A stretch of DNA of 64,000 bases from Hemiscyllium ocellatum. Lineage: Eukaryota. The notes under the pieces were generated by a model, which saw only the letters and a list, made by a program, of their open reading frames with translations, was not told the origin of the DNA and did not search any database. Numbering within the stretch: position 1 is the stretch's first letter; each line of letters starts with the position of its first letter. The stretch spans positions 12,400,001-12,464,000 of the forward strand of contig NC_083426.1 of the NCBI RefSeq assembly GCF_020745735.1, in the 5' to 3' direction. A program made the translations under genes and the position numbers. Shown here in pieces: positions 22,792 to 36,435 of the stretch.

Positions 22792-24529
22792 CTGAAACTG
22801 AGGAGACAATATTTCAGAAATTTAACTGGAAAGAACTGCTTATTACAAACAGGTACATTTTAATCAGCTACATTCCATCCAGTACATGATGAAGGTAATC
22901 ATTAATATAAACCCTATCCGAGTCTCAGGCTGTTCCAAACTCCCAGGGAATGATTGAAACAGTCGGGATATTTTCTTACCCCACTGGTCGAGCTTTGGGA
23001 CAATCTTGAAATTGGGCTTGTGCTGCCCGCTGTGGGCTCTAACTCCACCCTGTGTGACATCATCGAAATGTTGTCCCCCTGGAGAGCAGCCTGAGTGATA
23101 GGCCTGAATTGGATTCGGCTGGGGATCAGGGTGAAGGAGGGTACAGGTGCTGAAGGGTCCTTACTCCGACCAGAGAAGGAAGGTTTCGTCCAGGGAGGAG
23201 GCGGGAGTGTGTGGACTCATGGTGGGCTCTGGGGCTGCATTTTCAGGGCTCAAGGGGTCAAGACAACAGGTGCCCCAGGAAGATGATGAGAGACCTCAAG
23301 TGGGAAAGGAAGAGAATTAAAGTTCAGCAAGGGATGGTTCACGATGGGAGAGAGATCAATGTGCAGGACCTTGAGGGCAGTAAAGGCAGAATTATTCATA
23401 ATCACAAATTGTTGTCATTGTATGGATAATAAAATAACAGAAGTAATTTACTGATTGTGCCAGAGAGATGGTTCATGAAGAAATGTTGAAATTGCTGCCA
23501 CATTGCGTCCTGGTGTAGAAGAGGAGAAGCCTGTTGATGACAGTGTAGACTTTATGTCAATAAATGCCAGACCAATAGTTTTGTGTGACGAACAATTCTT
23601 GAGTAAAATAACAAATGTAAGTGAAGAGGTGGAGATCTGAGATGAAAGGGAGGGAGATACGTGAATGATTAAAAATGATGCTGGTTTGGAGACAGAGACC
23701 TTATTGGAAAGAGGAAGCCTTGAAAGAGAGAGAACTGTGAAAGCAGAGAGATGCATGTTTCAGATTTCTGTCCATGAAATATTCTGCATGAAGTTGGTGG
23801 GCTGGAGCCACAAAGCATTTCAGGGAATTTTCATGTAACAGAATTCACAGACCTGTAGCCTAGAGGAAAGCGACACTGAGAATTTTATTCTTGAGTCTTT
23901 CAAAAATGTCTTTATCATTAATGGAGCGATTGCAGTGATGAGCATTAACTTTATTGCACTGCGTAAGTCAATGGAATTGAAAGAGAGCAAATAATTTGAT
24001 TCAAGTTAGACTGAAAGGAAAAATGCTTTTCTTAGTGAAGAGAAATATAAACCAACCATCTCCTTTTGCGACTGAGCCTCACAGAGCAATATTTAATGAA
24101 TTAATCTTCAAACATAAAAGAAATAAAAGCAACCTCAAGATGTTTGGTTTGAGGGTTTATTACTCATACACTTTTCAGTGTGTTTTGAAAATTGAAAATT
24201 GAAAATTACAGTCAAATTAAAATACTTGTGCCCTTTTTTTCACAGAAAAAGATGTTATGGTACCCTTTTAATTTAATTCATAATTCATTATGCCGCTCCA
24301 AATTATTTGGGAACTCTGCAGCATGGGATTATAAAGTGTTTAGTAGAATTACTACATTTTGTAATGTTGTTCATGTACTTTTATATTTGTTCATTTAAAA
24401 TTCAATGGCGTCCCTATTTAGAGACACATGGAGCAGACAAAGTCCATGCTGTGTCTGTTTTCTGCAGCTTGTCACCAGCCTGAAGCCAGTTGCTGTGATG
24501 TGAGGGGTGTCACTCTGTATTGGATAACC

Positions 24530-24720
24530 ATGACTTGGAGGTGCCGGTGTTTGACTGGGATAGACAAATCACACAACACCAGTTTATAGTTCAACAGGTT
24601 TATTTGGAAGCATTCACTTTCGCAGAACTGTTTCTTCATCAAGTGGTTGTGTTCACCTGATGAAGGAGCAGTGCTCTGAAAACGAGTGCTCCCAAATAAA
24701 CCTGCTGGACTAAATCTTTG
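24530..24720. mobile_element. Short Penelope-terminus-like repeat with a degenerate hammerhead core
   Basis: acacaacaccag(g/t)tt(a)tagt(c/t)caacagg motif and ctgatgaaggagcagtgctctgaaa. Related copies at ~1530-1660, ~29410-29510 and ~31330-31470. Confidence 0.5.
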
Positions 24721-25039
24721 CTTTGTATGATTTTTAAGTGTGCATTGGAAAAGGCTGATGTGGAATCTCACCCAGTCCTGCTCTCTGTATGTTGGAAAGA
24801 TTTGTAGGTTGAAAATGAACCTGTTTGGCTTTGTGAGAAGACACATTCCTTTGAAAAGTGTACTTTTGTAAGAATTGAACTCTCAGCATTTGCCATGGCA
24901 ATAATGATGTTCCCCACTGTGTCACAAGCTCTCCCTTTTCCAATTATGTATCTTCAAATATTTAAACATTTCTACTTTATAACACAGTGGATTTCAACAA
25001 GTGTGGATTATCTGAAATACAACTCGGATGGTCACTCAC

Positions 25040-25076
25040 CGGGAATGGAACAAATGAGGAGAATCAAAGTCCACAT
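25040..25076 (-). CDS. Gene A leader exon MWTLILLICSIP(G)
   Basis: ATG, hydrophobic signal core, G|gtgagt phase 1 donor joining in frame to the V exon. Confidence 0.9.
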
Positions 25077-26936
25077 CGTTTTGTTCAAAAAGATCAGTTC
25101 AGTTCTTGATGTCAGTCTCTCAGCTCTTGTTTCTCACATTGAGATACTGTGTAAGGCAATGTCTACAAGAAGTTAAATGAGGAAGAGGAAACAGGAAGCC
25201 AGCTTCTGAAACCAGAGTGAGCCAGTGAAATTTAATCGTGAAGAGAGTTTTCTCTTTGGTTATGTTTAACAGAGCTAAAGAATTTTCATTGAATGAACAG
25301 AAAATTCTGAAATCAAGGCAGTTAACGCATCAGGTGCTCAGGATAATGTTGACTCAAGCTCAGTATTTATACAGAAATCTCATTTGAATGACAACTGTCT
25401 CATTCTCCCATGTTTGGAAATTTCAATGTGCAGTTTTAGACAGACATAGATTTAGTTTGCGAAAATTAAGCCTTCACCTAAAGATAGAGCTCTTTTGAAT
25501 ATTTTGTCTGCAGAATATGCCTCCTATCGTCAGTGCTGAATAATTATTGTGTCAGGATCTGAACTCCCCGATGAGCAGGAGAAGGACATCCTCTGCTCCA
25601 TTTCCACAAGATTCAAGTCAAAGCTCCTGGGGCCGATTTCAGGCAGAGAATGAAACTCAACCGACAGAGAGAAAATTCAGGGGGAAGTGAACTGTGATTG
25701 AGTAACTGGGAGTGAGCTTCAGTTCCAAGGTGAGGATCCCTCATGAGGCTGTGTATTCGCCAGGACATGGTTGATGATGAGTGAGTCGGGTGAACCATGC
25801 TGGGTTTCACCTTTGAGAAGGTCATAGGGCCTGACACCCTTCACCAACCGTGCTCATCCCCAGCCACAATGCTGAAGGCAGTGCCCCCACCTTAACCCTT
25901 AATATGGAAGGAGAGTCACTGGAGTCATTACCCAGAGACTGAACCAACGAGGACCATCACAATGCTCTGTCTGGGAAACAGAAACAATACGTTGGTAAAC
26001 TCCTAAAGAACAATTGGAAACATTTGGGGTTTAATACCCCAATGGGGATGAAACCCCTCTGCTGTCAGGTCACCAGTGTCTGAGTGTCAGAAACAGAGAG
26101 CAGAGATCCCCCAGCCCCCGAGTGACATGGACATTGTAGAATCAGTTGGAAAAATAGACCAGATTAAAAGATTAGATTCTGTGATGAAACAGTGAGTGTA
26201 ACCGTTATTAACAGAGTGTAGAATATCTGGTCTAATTGTCAGGGATCCTGTAAAGTGACTTGCTCAGTGTCAAAGCCATATCCTGGTAGACGGTCACTCA
26301 GCAGTTTTTAAAAGACCGTTCTTCAGAGACAAACAATTGCAGGACCTGGGGCTGCCACAAAGCCCCTCCCCATTCGGATGGATATCCCATTTGCTTTGGA
26401 ATGGTGCAGTGATCCACCCACAACATGGACATGAGCCTGTCCCAGGAGGTTTCCTTCACAGAGATTGTGATCAAAGGGCTGGTTCTGAAAACTCTCAGTA
26501 CAGCCTTGAATGACCCAGAGTGTGCCACCCACAATATCCTGTTGATTAACACTGATCTGGGCTCTAAGAAAACTGTCCCCACCCTGCCTTTCCAGAAAGC
26601 CTCTCCACTGAACATTTCTGTCAGTGGCTGTGCAAACGTGGCTGCAGACATATTTCTCCAGGTGACACAGTTCTCCCTCTTTACTGAGCTGTAGACAATG
26701 GGTGCCAGGAGGGTGTTACAGTGCCTGCAGGTATGGGTTGTGGTTTCACAATGGGCTTCCCCACAGGCTCTGGGGTTTTACCAGTGACTGAGGAGGCCAA
26801 TCCCAAGTTTCTGGTGAGCTTTCAAAAGCCTTTGGAAGAGTTGTGTAATGTCCCTGCTGTAGCAGTTGGTGACATATTCCTGAACTCCTGAGCTATTTGT
26901 CACACAGTTTCTGGACAATATAAAATGCTCAGTGTT

Positions 26937-28778
26937 AGAACATAGAACATAGAACATAGAACAGTACAGCACAGAACAGGCCCTTCAGCCCACGATGTTG
27001 TGCTGACCATTGATCCTCATGTATGCACCCTCACATTTCTGTGACCAGATGCATGTCCAACAGTCTCTTAAATGTCCCCAATGACCTTGCTTCCACAACT
27101 GCTGCTGGCAATGCATTCCATGCTCTCACAACTCTCTGTGTAAAGAACCCACCTCTGACATCCCCTCCATACTTTCCTCCAACCAGCTTCAAACTATGAC
27201 CCCTTGTGTTAGTCATTTCTGCCCTGGGAAATAGTCCCTGGCTATCGACTCTATCTACGCCTCTCATTATCTTGTATACCTCAATTAGGCCCCCTCTCCT
27301 CCTCCTTTTCTCCAATGAAAAAATTCCGAGCTCAGTCAGCCTCTCTTCATAAGATAAGCCCTCCAGTCCAGGCAACATTCTGGTAAACCTCCTCTGAATC
27401 CTCTCCAAAGCATCCACATCTTTCCTATGATCGGGTGACCAGAACTGGACGCAGTATACCAAATGCGGTCTAACCAAACTTTTATAGATCTGCAACAAGA
27501 TGTCACAACTCTTAAACTCAACCCCCTGTTAATGAAAGCCAAAACACCATATGCTTTCTTTTAACAACCCTGTTCACTTGGGTGCCATTTTAAGGGATCT
27601 ATGTACCTGCACACCAAGATCCCTCTGTTCCTCCACACTGCCGAGAATCCTATCTTTTATCCTGTACTCAGCTTTCAAATTCGACTTTCCAAAATGCAAC
27701 ACCTCGCATTCATCCAGGTTGAACTCCATCGGCCACCTCTCAGCCCATCTCTGCATCCTGTCAATGTCCCGATGCAGCCTACAACAGCCCTCTATGCTGT
27801 CAATTACACCTCCAACATTTGTGTCATCTGCAAACTTGCTGACCCATCCTTCAATCCCCTCATCCAAGTCATTCATAAAAATTACAACCAGTAGAGGCCC
27901 AAGGACAGAGCCCTGTGGAACACCACTCACAACTGACTTCCAGGCAGAATACTTTCCTTGCTGTCTTGTGTTGGCCAGCTAATTCTGTATACAGACAGCT
28001 AAGTTCCCCTGTATCCCATTCCTCCTCACCTTCTGAATGAGCCTATCATGGGGAACCTCATCAAACGCCTTGCTGAAGTCCATATACACCACATCCACAG
28101 CTCGACCCTCATCAACGTTTCTAGTCACATCCTCATAGAACTCGATAAGGTTTGTGAGCCATGACCTGCCCCTAACAAAGCCGTGTTGACTGCATTTAAT
28201 CAATCAATGCTCTTCCAGATGGTCATAAATCCTATCCCTCAGAATCCTTTCTAACACCTTGCAGACGACAGATGTGAGACTTACTGGTCTGTAATTGCTG
28301 GATTTTAACTATTTCCTTTCTTGAAGAGAGGAATTACATTTGCCTCCCTCCTGTCCTCAGGTATGACTCCAGTGGAGAGCGAGGATGCAAAGATCTTCAC
28401 AAGTGGCGAAGCAATTGCATTTCTCGTTTTCCAAAGCAGCCGAGGACAAATCTGGTCTGGGCCTGGCGACTTGTCAATCTTAATGTTTGACAAAATTTTC
28501 AGCACATCAGCTTCCTCTGTCTCTATCCATTCCAACATGCACACCTACTCTTCAAAGGTTTCATTCACTACAAAGTTTGTTTCTTTTGTAAAGACAGAGG
28601 CAAAAAACTCATTTAGGGCTTCCCCTACCTCCTCAGACTCCACACACAAGTTCCCGATGCTAACCCTGATTGGCGCGCGACTCTTTCTTTGACCATTCTC
28701 TTATTCCTCACATAAGTGCAAAATGCCTTTGTGTTCTCCCTAATCCGTTCTGCCAAGCCTTTCTCGTGCCCCACTCCT
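26937..28778 (-). mobile_element. CR1 LINE, 5'-truncated, with a (tgttcta)n tail
   Basis: SGVPQGSVLGP, FADDT and DFSKAFD fragments. Inserted at a site that is empty in the paralogs (~9965, ~60400). Confidence 0.9.
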
Positions 28779-31700
28779 GTAGGAACTTTAACTCCAGTTT
28801 ATAGCACATTGTAATTGATAACGTTTCTTCTGGTCCTTTGGAATCTCCCCTGTAGATTAATCGATAAAGCTTCTCTCCCCTTTCAGCTGTCCTCTTTGCG
28901 ATTCATAACCTACATCCCACTGAGGCTGGACCCCGATACATCTGTCCACTGTTTGTTCCATCCACATCCAACAATATCCTTCAAATGGACCAGACCCCAC
29001 AACATTAGCCTCCAGCAAGTGCTGTACCAGGGCAGCTCTCTCTCCAATTTGCAGACCAAAGTAACTAACACTTACTCTCATTGTACATCCAGGGCTATCT
29101 AGCACACATCTCCCTTGATAATATTCACACTTTTTCTTATAGTGTGAAAACACAATGAACATCAAAACATGCAACAAGCGTGGAAACTTGCGTTTTACAT
29201 CTCAACTTCTCTAAAATGGACAGCACAGTGTCTCAGTGGTTAGCACTGCTGTCTCACAGTCCCAGTAATCCCTGGGTTCAGTTCAAGTCTTGGGTGACTG
29301 TGCATTTTGAGCATTCTCCCTGTCTGTGTGGGTTTCCTCCAGGTACTGCAGTTTCTTCTTACTTTCTAAAGATCTTTTGCTGTCCATTTTTTGTCCTTTG
29401 ATCCTACACCTCTGTCTACCTGACGAAGGAGCAGCGCTTCAAAAGCATGCACTTCCAGATGAAATTGTCAGACTGTAACCTGGTGTTGTGTGATTTTTAA
29501 CTTTAGTGATGTTCAGGTTGGGTTGAATGGTCAGGCTAAATTGTCCATTGTGTTCAGGGATGTACAGGCTCAGTAGGTTAGCCGTGTGAAATGTGTGGCT
29601 ATGGGAACAGAGTGGGGTTTTGGGTCTGGTGGGATATTCTTCAGATGGGCCAAATGGCCTCTTTCTGCACTGTAGGGATTCTGTAATTCTCAGTTACATT
29701 CCTCATTGACCATGAACCTGTTTGAGAGTTTAATGGAATGGGCCCAAACTGAATGTGTGATCATTTACAATGAGCCATTCACACACAGCATGCTGCAGAC
29801 AGAAACATATTTAGAAATAAAGTAATTTTGGGAGGAAAACTATTTTACAAGATTGAAATTTTAATTTGACAGAAGTTTAAAATTATTCAATTCCATTGAA
29901 ATTAATTTGGATTGTAACATCTGGGATAAAAGTTCAAACTGCTTCAGAATGATATCGGTGGATTTGCAGCTTTCAAAATACAGTAAGCTGAGAAGCACAT
30001 TCATTTCTATCAAAGACTTGCCTTGTTTGTGTGTTTGTGAATATGGCAAGTTGCATTTATGTAGCACCTTCAAAGATGTAAAGCTGGAGCAGAGATATAG
30101 ATGAGTGTAAGTTGATGTATGGTGGAAGATTCAAGGCCAGCTGGAATGATGCTGGAATAGTTCAGTGTGGAGCTAACAATATCGTGGATGACCTGGTGTT
30201 GTGTGACTTCTGACTTTGTCCACCCCAGTCCAACACTGGCACCTCAACATCATGGCCCATAGGTTTGGGAGTGGAGTCTCTTACCTCAGCTACGGTTCTG
30301 ATGGGGAGAGTGTACAGTTAATAAAATCCCACTGCTCTACAAGCAATACCAAATGCATGAGTATTTCACATTTTCACTAAAACGGTTTAGTTATTTCGAT
30401 TTATTACAGTTATTATAAACAAAAGAGACTTTCGTTTTTTTGACGTACTCCAAAAATAACTTGTTTATTAACACAAACCTTTTTAAAAATCAATTGGCAG
30501 AACAGTGAGGAACCAAACTACATCCTCTTAATCTCAAACACAGAGTCACACACAGAGAGGGGAAGACTACACAGCCCTGCAGAGGGTTTGTGGGTGGGAT
30601 AAATTCGGATAACAGGATAAGGCTGAGGATTTCTCTTCAAGTTTGTTCAGACAATTAGGACAGAAATACAATCTCTTTTAAAAGTTTCAGGTTGCCGACT
30701 TCCCAAAATTATTTGTTGTTCCAGTACACAGCGAAAAAAAGCAGTTTGCCTTGACCTTTGACATTTTTCCAGCAATCACATGTTAAATCCCTCTTCAACC
30801 CAATAATGTCCAACCAATTCCACTTCCCAATTGTTATAATCCAGAAACACTGTGGAATACCAGCTTTAATGTTGCTGTGATGCCAAGTGTGTAGGCTGAC
30901 TATATCAGACAACACTGCAGGCCAGCAGTGAGCCAAACATGTTAACAAGCCCATACTGTAATCCCAGGGTGACATATCCAACATTAGACATGATGCTGCT
31001 GTTGAACAATATTGAACAGTCCCACCTGTGCACAGAAACACACTGGAAACCAGTTTCAGATTATCCACTGGGCTTGCAGTGTGATTCATTTGTGCAGGCT
31101 AGAAATTACATATATTACTACTGAGGGCCCTGTTCTTTCCAGGAAAATGAGTATGTCCGTACATCTCACCTGTTTAATTGAGGAGAGAATCATGCACTTT
31201 GCTAATCATTGCAGCCTAAACCAATCAGACCCTACTTGACTGGTCTGAGCTTTCTCAGTTAAGCTTGATGGTTAACAGCTTCTGCTACATCTCCATGACA
31301 ACCATTATCCAAACATGATTTAGAGATGCCGGTTTAGGACTGGGGTGTACAAAGTTAAAAATGACACAACACCAGGTTATAGTCCAACAGGTTTAATTGG
31401 AAGCACACTAGCTCTCGGAATGTCGTTCCTTCTTCAGATGTAGCCCACCTGATGAAAGAGTAGCATTTTTAACATTATCCAAACAATTTGCACTCTCTTC
31501 TCATGCTGTTTATATTGATATTCCCTTTTGAAGTTTGTTTTTTTGTGGCTTAGTCCTGATGAGAGTGGAACAAAAACTTAAACTTTTGCATTTCTTTTTA
31601 ACAATGTGCAAGATCTGTATCACACAATCATTAGGGTCCCATTGTGCCATGCTAGCAAGTCAAGTTTGATTTTTGAACTTAACTCCGGAAGTGGGACTCC

Positions 31701-31963
31701 AACCTGGAATTTGTGACTCAGAGGTTAGAGTGAGGGGAGACAGGGAGGTGGGGACTGATTGGGTTGCCAAACACCTTGGTATTTAGACTTCTGCTCTTGT
31801 TATTTAATGCAAGTGACCCAGACTTGGGAATAAAAGTTAGATTGATTCCATCTGCTGAGGAAACCAACTGACAATAACAGCTTACAATAGACAAAATTCA
31901 ATACAACTGCATTGCAAAGTAAGAAGGAAAAATGAATAGGAAAAATTTCTCATCATGGTTTTC

Positions 31964-32275
31964 CTAAAAATCAATATCAGCATAAACGTCCCTTCCAGAT
32001 TCCTGAGGGGTGTTGCGTTTTGGGGCTTTTTTATTCCCCTTTGGCGGCTGGTTTGGAAAGTTGAGCTCACTGTAGGTGACACTGTCTGAGTTGTCATCTG
32101 TGTGCATTGCCAGCCCACCGCTCAGTGATGAAGATTTCTTTTGAAATGCCAACACTGCGTATGTGATTTCATCATTCTCCAAGTTGCTTCTTCTCTCTCT
32201 CTGTCTTTCTGCTGTGTTTCTTTGAATGTGCTTTATGTTTGCATATACCAAGTTCTCTTCCACTGATGTCACTTC
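31964..32275 (-). CDS. Gene B last exon: ITIM-bearing cytoplasmic tail
   Basis: Acceptor ttttttcaaatttag, phase 0. EVTSVEENLVYANI...ITYAVL...VTYSEL...DVYADIDF*. Confidence 0.9.
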   Translation of the reverse strand, partial: EVTSVEENLVYANIKHIQRNTAERQRERRSNLENDEITYAVLAFQKKSSSLSGGLAMHTDDNSDSVTYSELNFPNQPPKGNKKAPKRNTPQESGRDVYADIDF

Positions 32276-32394
32276 CTAAATTTGAAAAAAACGTATTTTT
32301 CATTCACTTGAATGGTGACGTGCGTTATTATGAAGAGAAAGCAAATTCTTGATTATTCTTAATCAATGTACAGTATTAGAAGTTATTATAAATG

Positions 32395-32945
32395 ATTATT
32401 GTGTGCAGTTCTGGTCTCCTTCCTATCGGAAGGATGTTGTGAGACTTGAAAGGGTTCAGAAAAGATTGACAGAGATGTTGTCAGGGTTGGAAAGTTTGAG
32501 CTATGGGGAGAGGCTGAATAGGCTGGGGATGTTTTCCATGGAGCATTGAAAGCAGAGGGGTGACCTTATAGAAGTTTATTAAATCATGAATTGCATGGAT
32601 AGGGTAAAATAGTCAAAGTCTTTTTCCTGGGGTGGGGGAGTTCTGAACTAGAGGGCATAGGTTTAGGGTGAGAGGGGAAAGATATAAAAGAGACCTAAGG
32701 GGCAACCTTTTCACGCAGAGGGTGGCTCGTGTATGGAATGAGCTGCCAGAGGAAGTGGTGGACGCTGGTATAATTGCAACATTTAAAAGGCATCTGGATG
32801 GGCATACGAATGGGAAGGGTTGAGAGGGATATGGGCCAAGTGCTGGCAAATGGAACCAGATTATGTTGAGATATCTGGCTGGCATGGATGAGTTGGACTG
32901 AAGGGTCTGTTTGTGTGCTGTACATTTCTCTGACTCTATGATTCT
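32395..32945 (+). mobile_element. CR1 3' fragment
   Basis: YCVQFWSPSYRKD motif, 3'UTR and ctctatga tail. Confidence 0.85.
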
Positions 32946-33428
32946 ATTTCCAGGGTATAATGCAACCCCGTACTAAAGTAATTCTCCTCTTGAGCCTCCT
33001 CTATCCATTTTTGTCCAATCTCATTAACTTATCTCGCTATTCATTTCACCCTCATGTGCTTATCCAGCTGCCCCTCTGAATGGTTTCACAGTATTTGCCT
33101 CAATGACCCCTAATGGCAATAAGTCCCACTTTCTGACACTCTTCAGATGACAAGGTTTCTTTTGAACTCTCTCCTTCTTCTTTCCTTGGGGAGAGTTGAG
33201 TGAAGATGCATTGTGAAATTTAAGAGATTATTTGATCAGCACGTAAACAAAGCAGGAGTTGGAAGCGGGAATTGGAAAGATTCGATGAAAAGTCATGGGA
33301 GATGTCTTGTGTGGAGCAAGAGAGCCAGTATGTCACAGATGGGCCAAATAGCTGATTCCTTTGCTGTCAATCCTATGTTCTTTAAATTTCTAAACAATAT
33401 TCAGCAAGTTAACATTTATTATTCTTAC

Positions 33429-33481
33429 CTGTTCATCATTCAGACTCTTCGTTCTCTGATGACACATGATGCAGGATGTCC
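33429..33481 (-). CDS. Gene B first cytoplasmic exon (G)TSCIMCHQRTKSLNDEQ
   Basis: Acceptor aacgtttcag, strong donor CAG|gtaaga. 53 nt, phase 1 to 0, which exactly bridges to the ITIM exon. Confidence 0.8.
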
Positions 33482-33573
33482 CTGAAACGTTACAATACAG
33501 TTGTTCAAACAACTTTAATAGGAATGCTGAATGTTTAAAATATTCAAACTGAGCATGGATTGCAGTGTGCATA

Positions 33574-33744
33574 GCTGAAAACTGTGTTGCTGGAAAAGCG
33601 TAGCAGGTCAGGCAGCATCAAAGGAACAGCTTATGCCCGAAACATTGATTCTCCTGCTCCTTTGATGCTGCCTGACCTGCTGCACTTTTCCAGCAACACA
33701 TTTTTCAGCTCTGATCTCCAGCATCTGCAGTCCTCACTTTCTCC
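33574..33744. mobile_element. Fold-back mini Penelope insertion with 14-bp TSD
   Basis: Inverted arms of the Penelope terminus. Flanked by ttgcagtgtgcata (33560-33573) and ttgcagtgtgcgta (33745-33758). Confidence 0.8.
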
Positions 33745-34009
33745 TTGCAGTGTGCGTAATCATGTACTGAACTACATCCATCGCTATTGCTCCCATGATT
33801 CCCAGCATGAGTCTGAGGGGTAGAAGGAGTCTTGGGAATGTATAGTTCGGGGTATGTAACGGAAGTATGGGGTTAGTGCAATCATTACTTCAAAGCAATT
33901 ATTCATCAACCTTTTACTGAATAACAATTTTACGGGAATTTATGGGAAATCTCTGAATTTAATGAGTGGCCCCAAGTGTTGAGGAATTGCCAAGTGGAAC
34001 ATTCAATTT

Positions 34010-35740
34010 TCCAGGCAATCCCTTCATCGTCTGCTGGGATGGAGATTCTGGAGAGGTCCCACATGTGGAGCCGCAGGAGATGGGGAAGATACTAAACAAG
34101 TATCAGTGTTTACTGTGGAAAAGGGTGTGGAAGATATAGAATGTAGGGACAGCTTGAAAAATATCCACATTACAGAGGAGGAAGTGCTGGATGGCTTGAA
34201 ATGCATAAAAGTGGATACATCCCCAGGACCTGATTAGGTGTACCCTAGAACTCTGTGGGAAGCTAGGGAAGTGATTGTTGGGCCTCTTACTGAAGTATTT
34301 GTGTCATCGATAGTCACAGGTAAGGTGCCAGAAGACTGGAGGTTGCCTAACATGGTGCCACTGTTCAAGAAAGGTGGTAAGGACTGGTCAGGGAACTATA
34401 GACCAGTGAGCCTGACGTCAGTGTTGGGCAAGTTGTTGGAGGGAGTCCTGAGGGGCAGGATATACATGTATTTGGAAAGGCAACATGGCTTTGTGCGTGG
34501 GAAATCATGTCTCACGAACGTGATTGAATATTTTGAAGAAGTAACAAAGAAGATTGATGAGGGCAGAGCAGTAAATGTGATCTATATGGGCTTCAGTAAG
34601 GCTTTTGACAAGGTTCCTCATGGAAGATTGGTTAGCAAGGTTAGATGTCACTGAACGCAGGGAGAACAAGCCATTTGGATACAGAACTGTATCAAAGGTA
34701 GAAGACAGAGGGTGGAGGTAGCGGGTTGTTTTTCAGAGTGGAAGTCTATGACCAGTGGAATGCCACAAGGATCGGTGCTTGGTCCACTACTATTTATCAT
34801 TTACATAAATGATTTGGATGTGAGCATAAGAGGTACAGTTAGTAAGTTTGCAGGTGACACCAAAATTAGAGGTGTAGCGGACAGCAAAGTAGGTTACGTC
34901 AGATTACAACAGGAATTTGAACAGATGGGCCAATTGGCTGAGAAGTGGAAGATGGAGTTTAACTTAGATAAATGTGAGGAGCTGAATTTTGGGTAAACAA
35001 ATCTTAGCAGGACTTACACACTTAATGGCAAGGTCCGAGGGAGTGTTGCTGAACAAAGAGGATTGCAGGTTCATAGCTCCTTGAAAGTAGAGTTGCAGGT
35101 AGATAGGATAGTGAAGAAGACGTTTGGTATGCTTTCCTTTATTGGTCAGAATATTGAGTTCAGGAGTTGGGAGGTCATGTTGCAGCTGTACAGGACTTTG
35201 GTTAGGCCACTGTTGGAATATTGCGTGCAATTCTGGTCTCCTTCCTATCGGAAAGATGTTGCGAAACTTGAAACAGTTCAGATAAGATTTACAAAGATGT
35301 TGCCAGGTTTGGAGGATTTGAACTATAGGGAGAGGCTGAACAAGCTGGGGCTGTTTTCTCTAGAGCGTCCAGAGGCTGAGGGGTGACCTGTTAGAAGTTT
35401 ACAAAATCTTGTGGGGCATGGATAGGGTAAATAGACAAAATCTTTTCCCTGGGGTGGGGGATTCCATTTAGGGTGAAAGGGGAAAGATATAAAAGAGACC
35501 TAAGCGGCAAGTTTTTCACGCAGAGGGTGGTACATGAGCCGTCAGAGGAAGTGGTAGAGGCTAGTACAACTGCAACATTTAAGAGTCATTTAGATGGGTC
35601 TATGAATAGGAAAGGTTTGGAGGGATATGGGCCAGATGCCAGTCGGAGGGACTAGATTGGGTTGGGATATCTTACTGGCATGGGCGTGTTGGAGCGAAGG
35701 GTCTGTTTCCGTGCTGTACATCTCTCTGACTCTATGATTC
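34010..35740 (+). mobile_element. Degenerate CR1 LINE (RT and 3' end)
   Basis: NYRPVSLT, GMPQGSVLGP and WKMEFNLDKC fragments, plus tail. Confidence 0.9.
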
Positions 35741-35870
35741 TGAGCAGCTCCTGACTGTACTGGAATATCAGCTATCTAGCCATGAGAATATTCAACCCTG
35801 ATAATCTCTTTATTTGCAACGATAAGCTGCTGAGATATAACGAAATAATTGAAGAGAAATAAAAACTCAC

Positions 35871-35951
35871 CCTTGTTGATTTGCCTCAGGTAAAAGTAGA
35901 GCAAAAACAACCAGAATGGCCGCCAGCACACCGACCAAAATATAAACCAGA
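35871..35951 (-). CDS. Gene B transmembrane exon, uncharged, probably with a 1-nt insertion as assembled
   Basis: Acceptor ttttcactatcacag, donor gtgagt. Reads LVYILVGVLAAILVV in one frame and LLYFYLRQINK in another. Removing one base of the A5 run at 35903-35907 joins them. Confidence 0.75.
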
Positions 35952-36435
35952 CTGTGATAGTGAAAACAGAAAAGTGACAGTGTTTGTTCACAATCGATTC
36001 TTGGCCATTTGAGGCAAGAAATATATTAAAAATGTCTTTTATGACCTCAGGACATCCAAAAACAATGCAGGAAGTGAAATCCTTGTGTTAAATGTTGTAT
36101 TGGCAAACATAATATTCAATTTGCACACAGTATGTTCCCACAAACAATAATCAGATGAATGATCATGTAATTTGGAATTGGTAAGGGAGAGGCATTGCCC
36201 AGGTCTCCAGGGAGAACAGCCCTGCTCTTCCACAAATATCACCAAGAGATCTGTCACGTTCCCCTGAGAGGGGGAGATGGGGCCTGGATTGATCACACAG
36301 AGAAGATAGTACCACAATAGCATGGCACTCTCTCAGTACTGCACTAGGGACTCAGCATTGATAATGTGCCCATGTTTCTGAAGAGGAAGAGAACTGACAA
36401 TCTCTGGTGTAGAAGGTGAGTGTATCACCACTGAG

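Noticed and set aside
33455-33475. CxxCH as a haem c-binding motif
   Set aside because: Predicted cytosolic tail of a receptor, so the match is coincidental.
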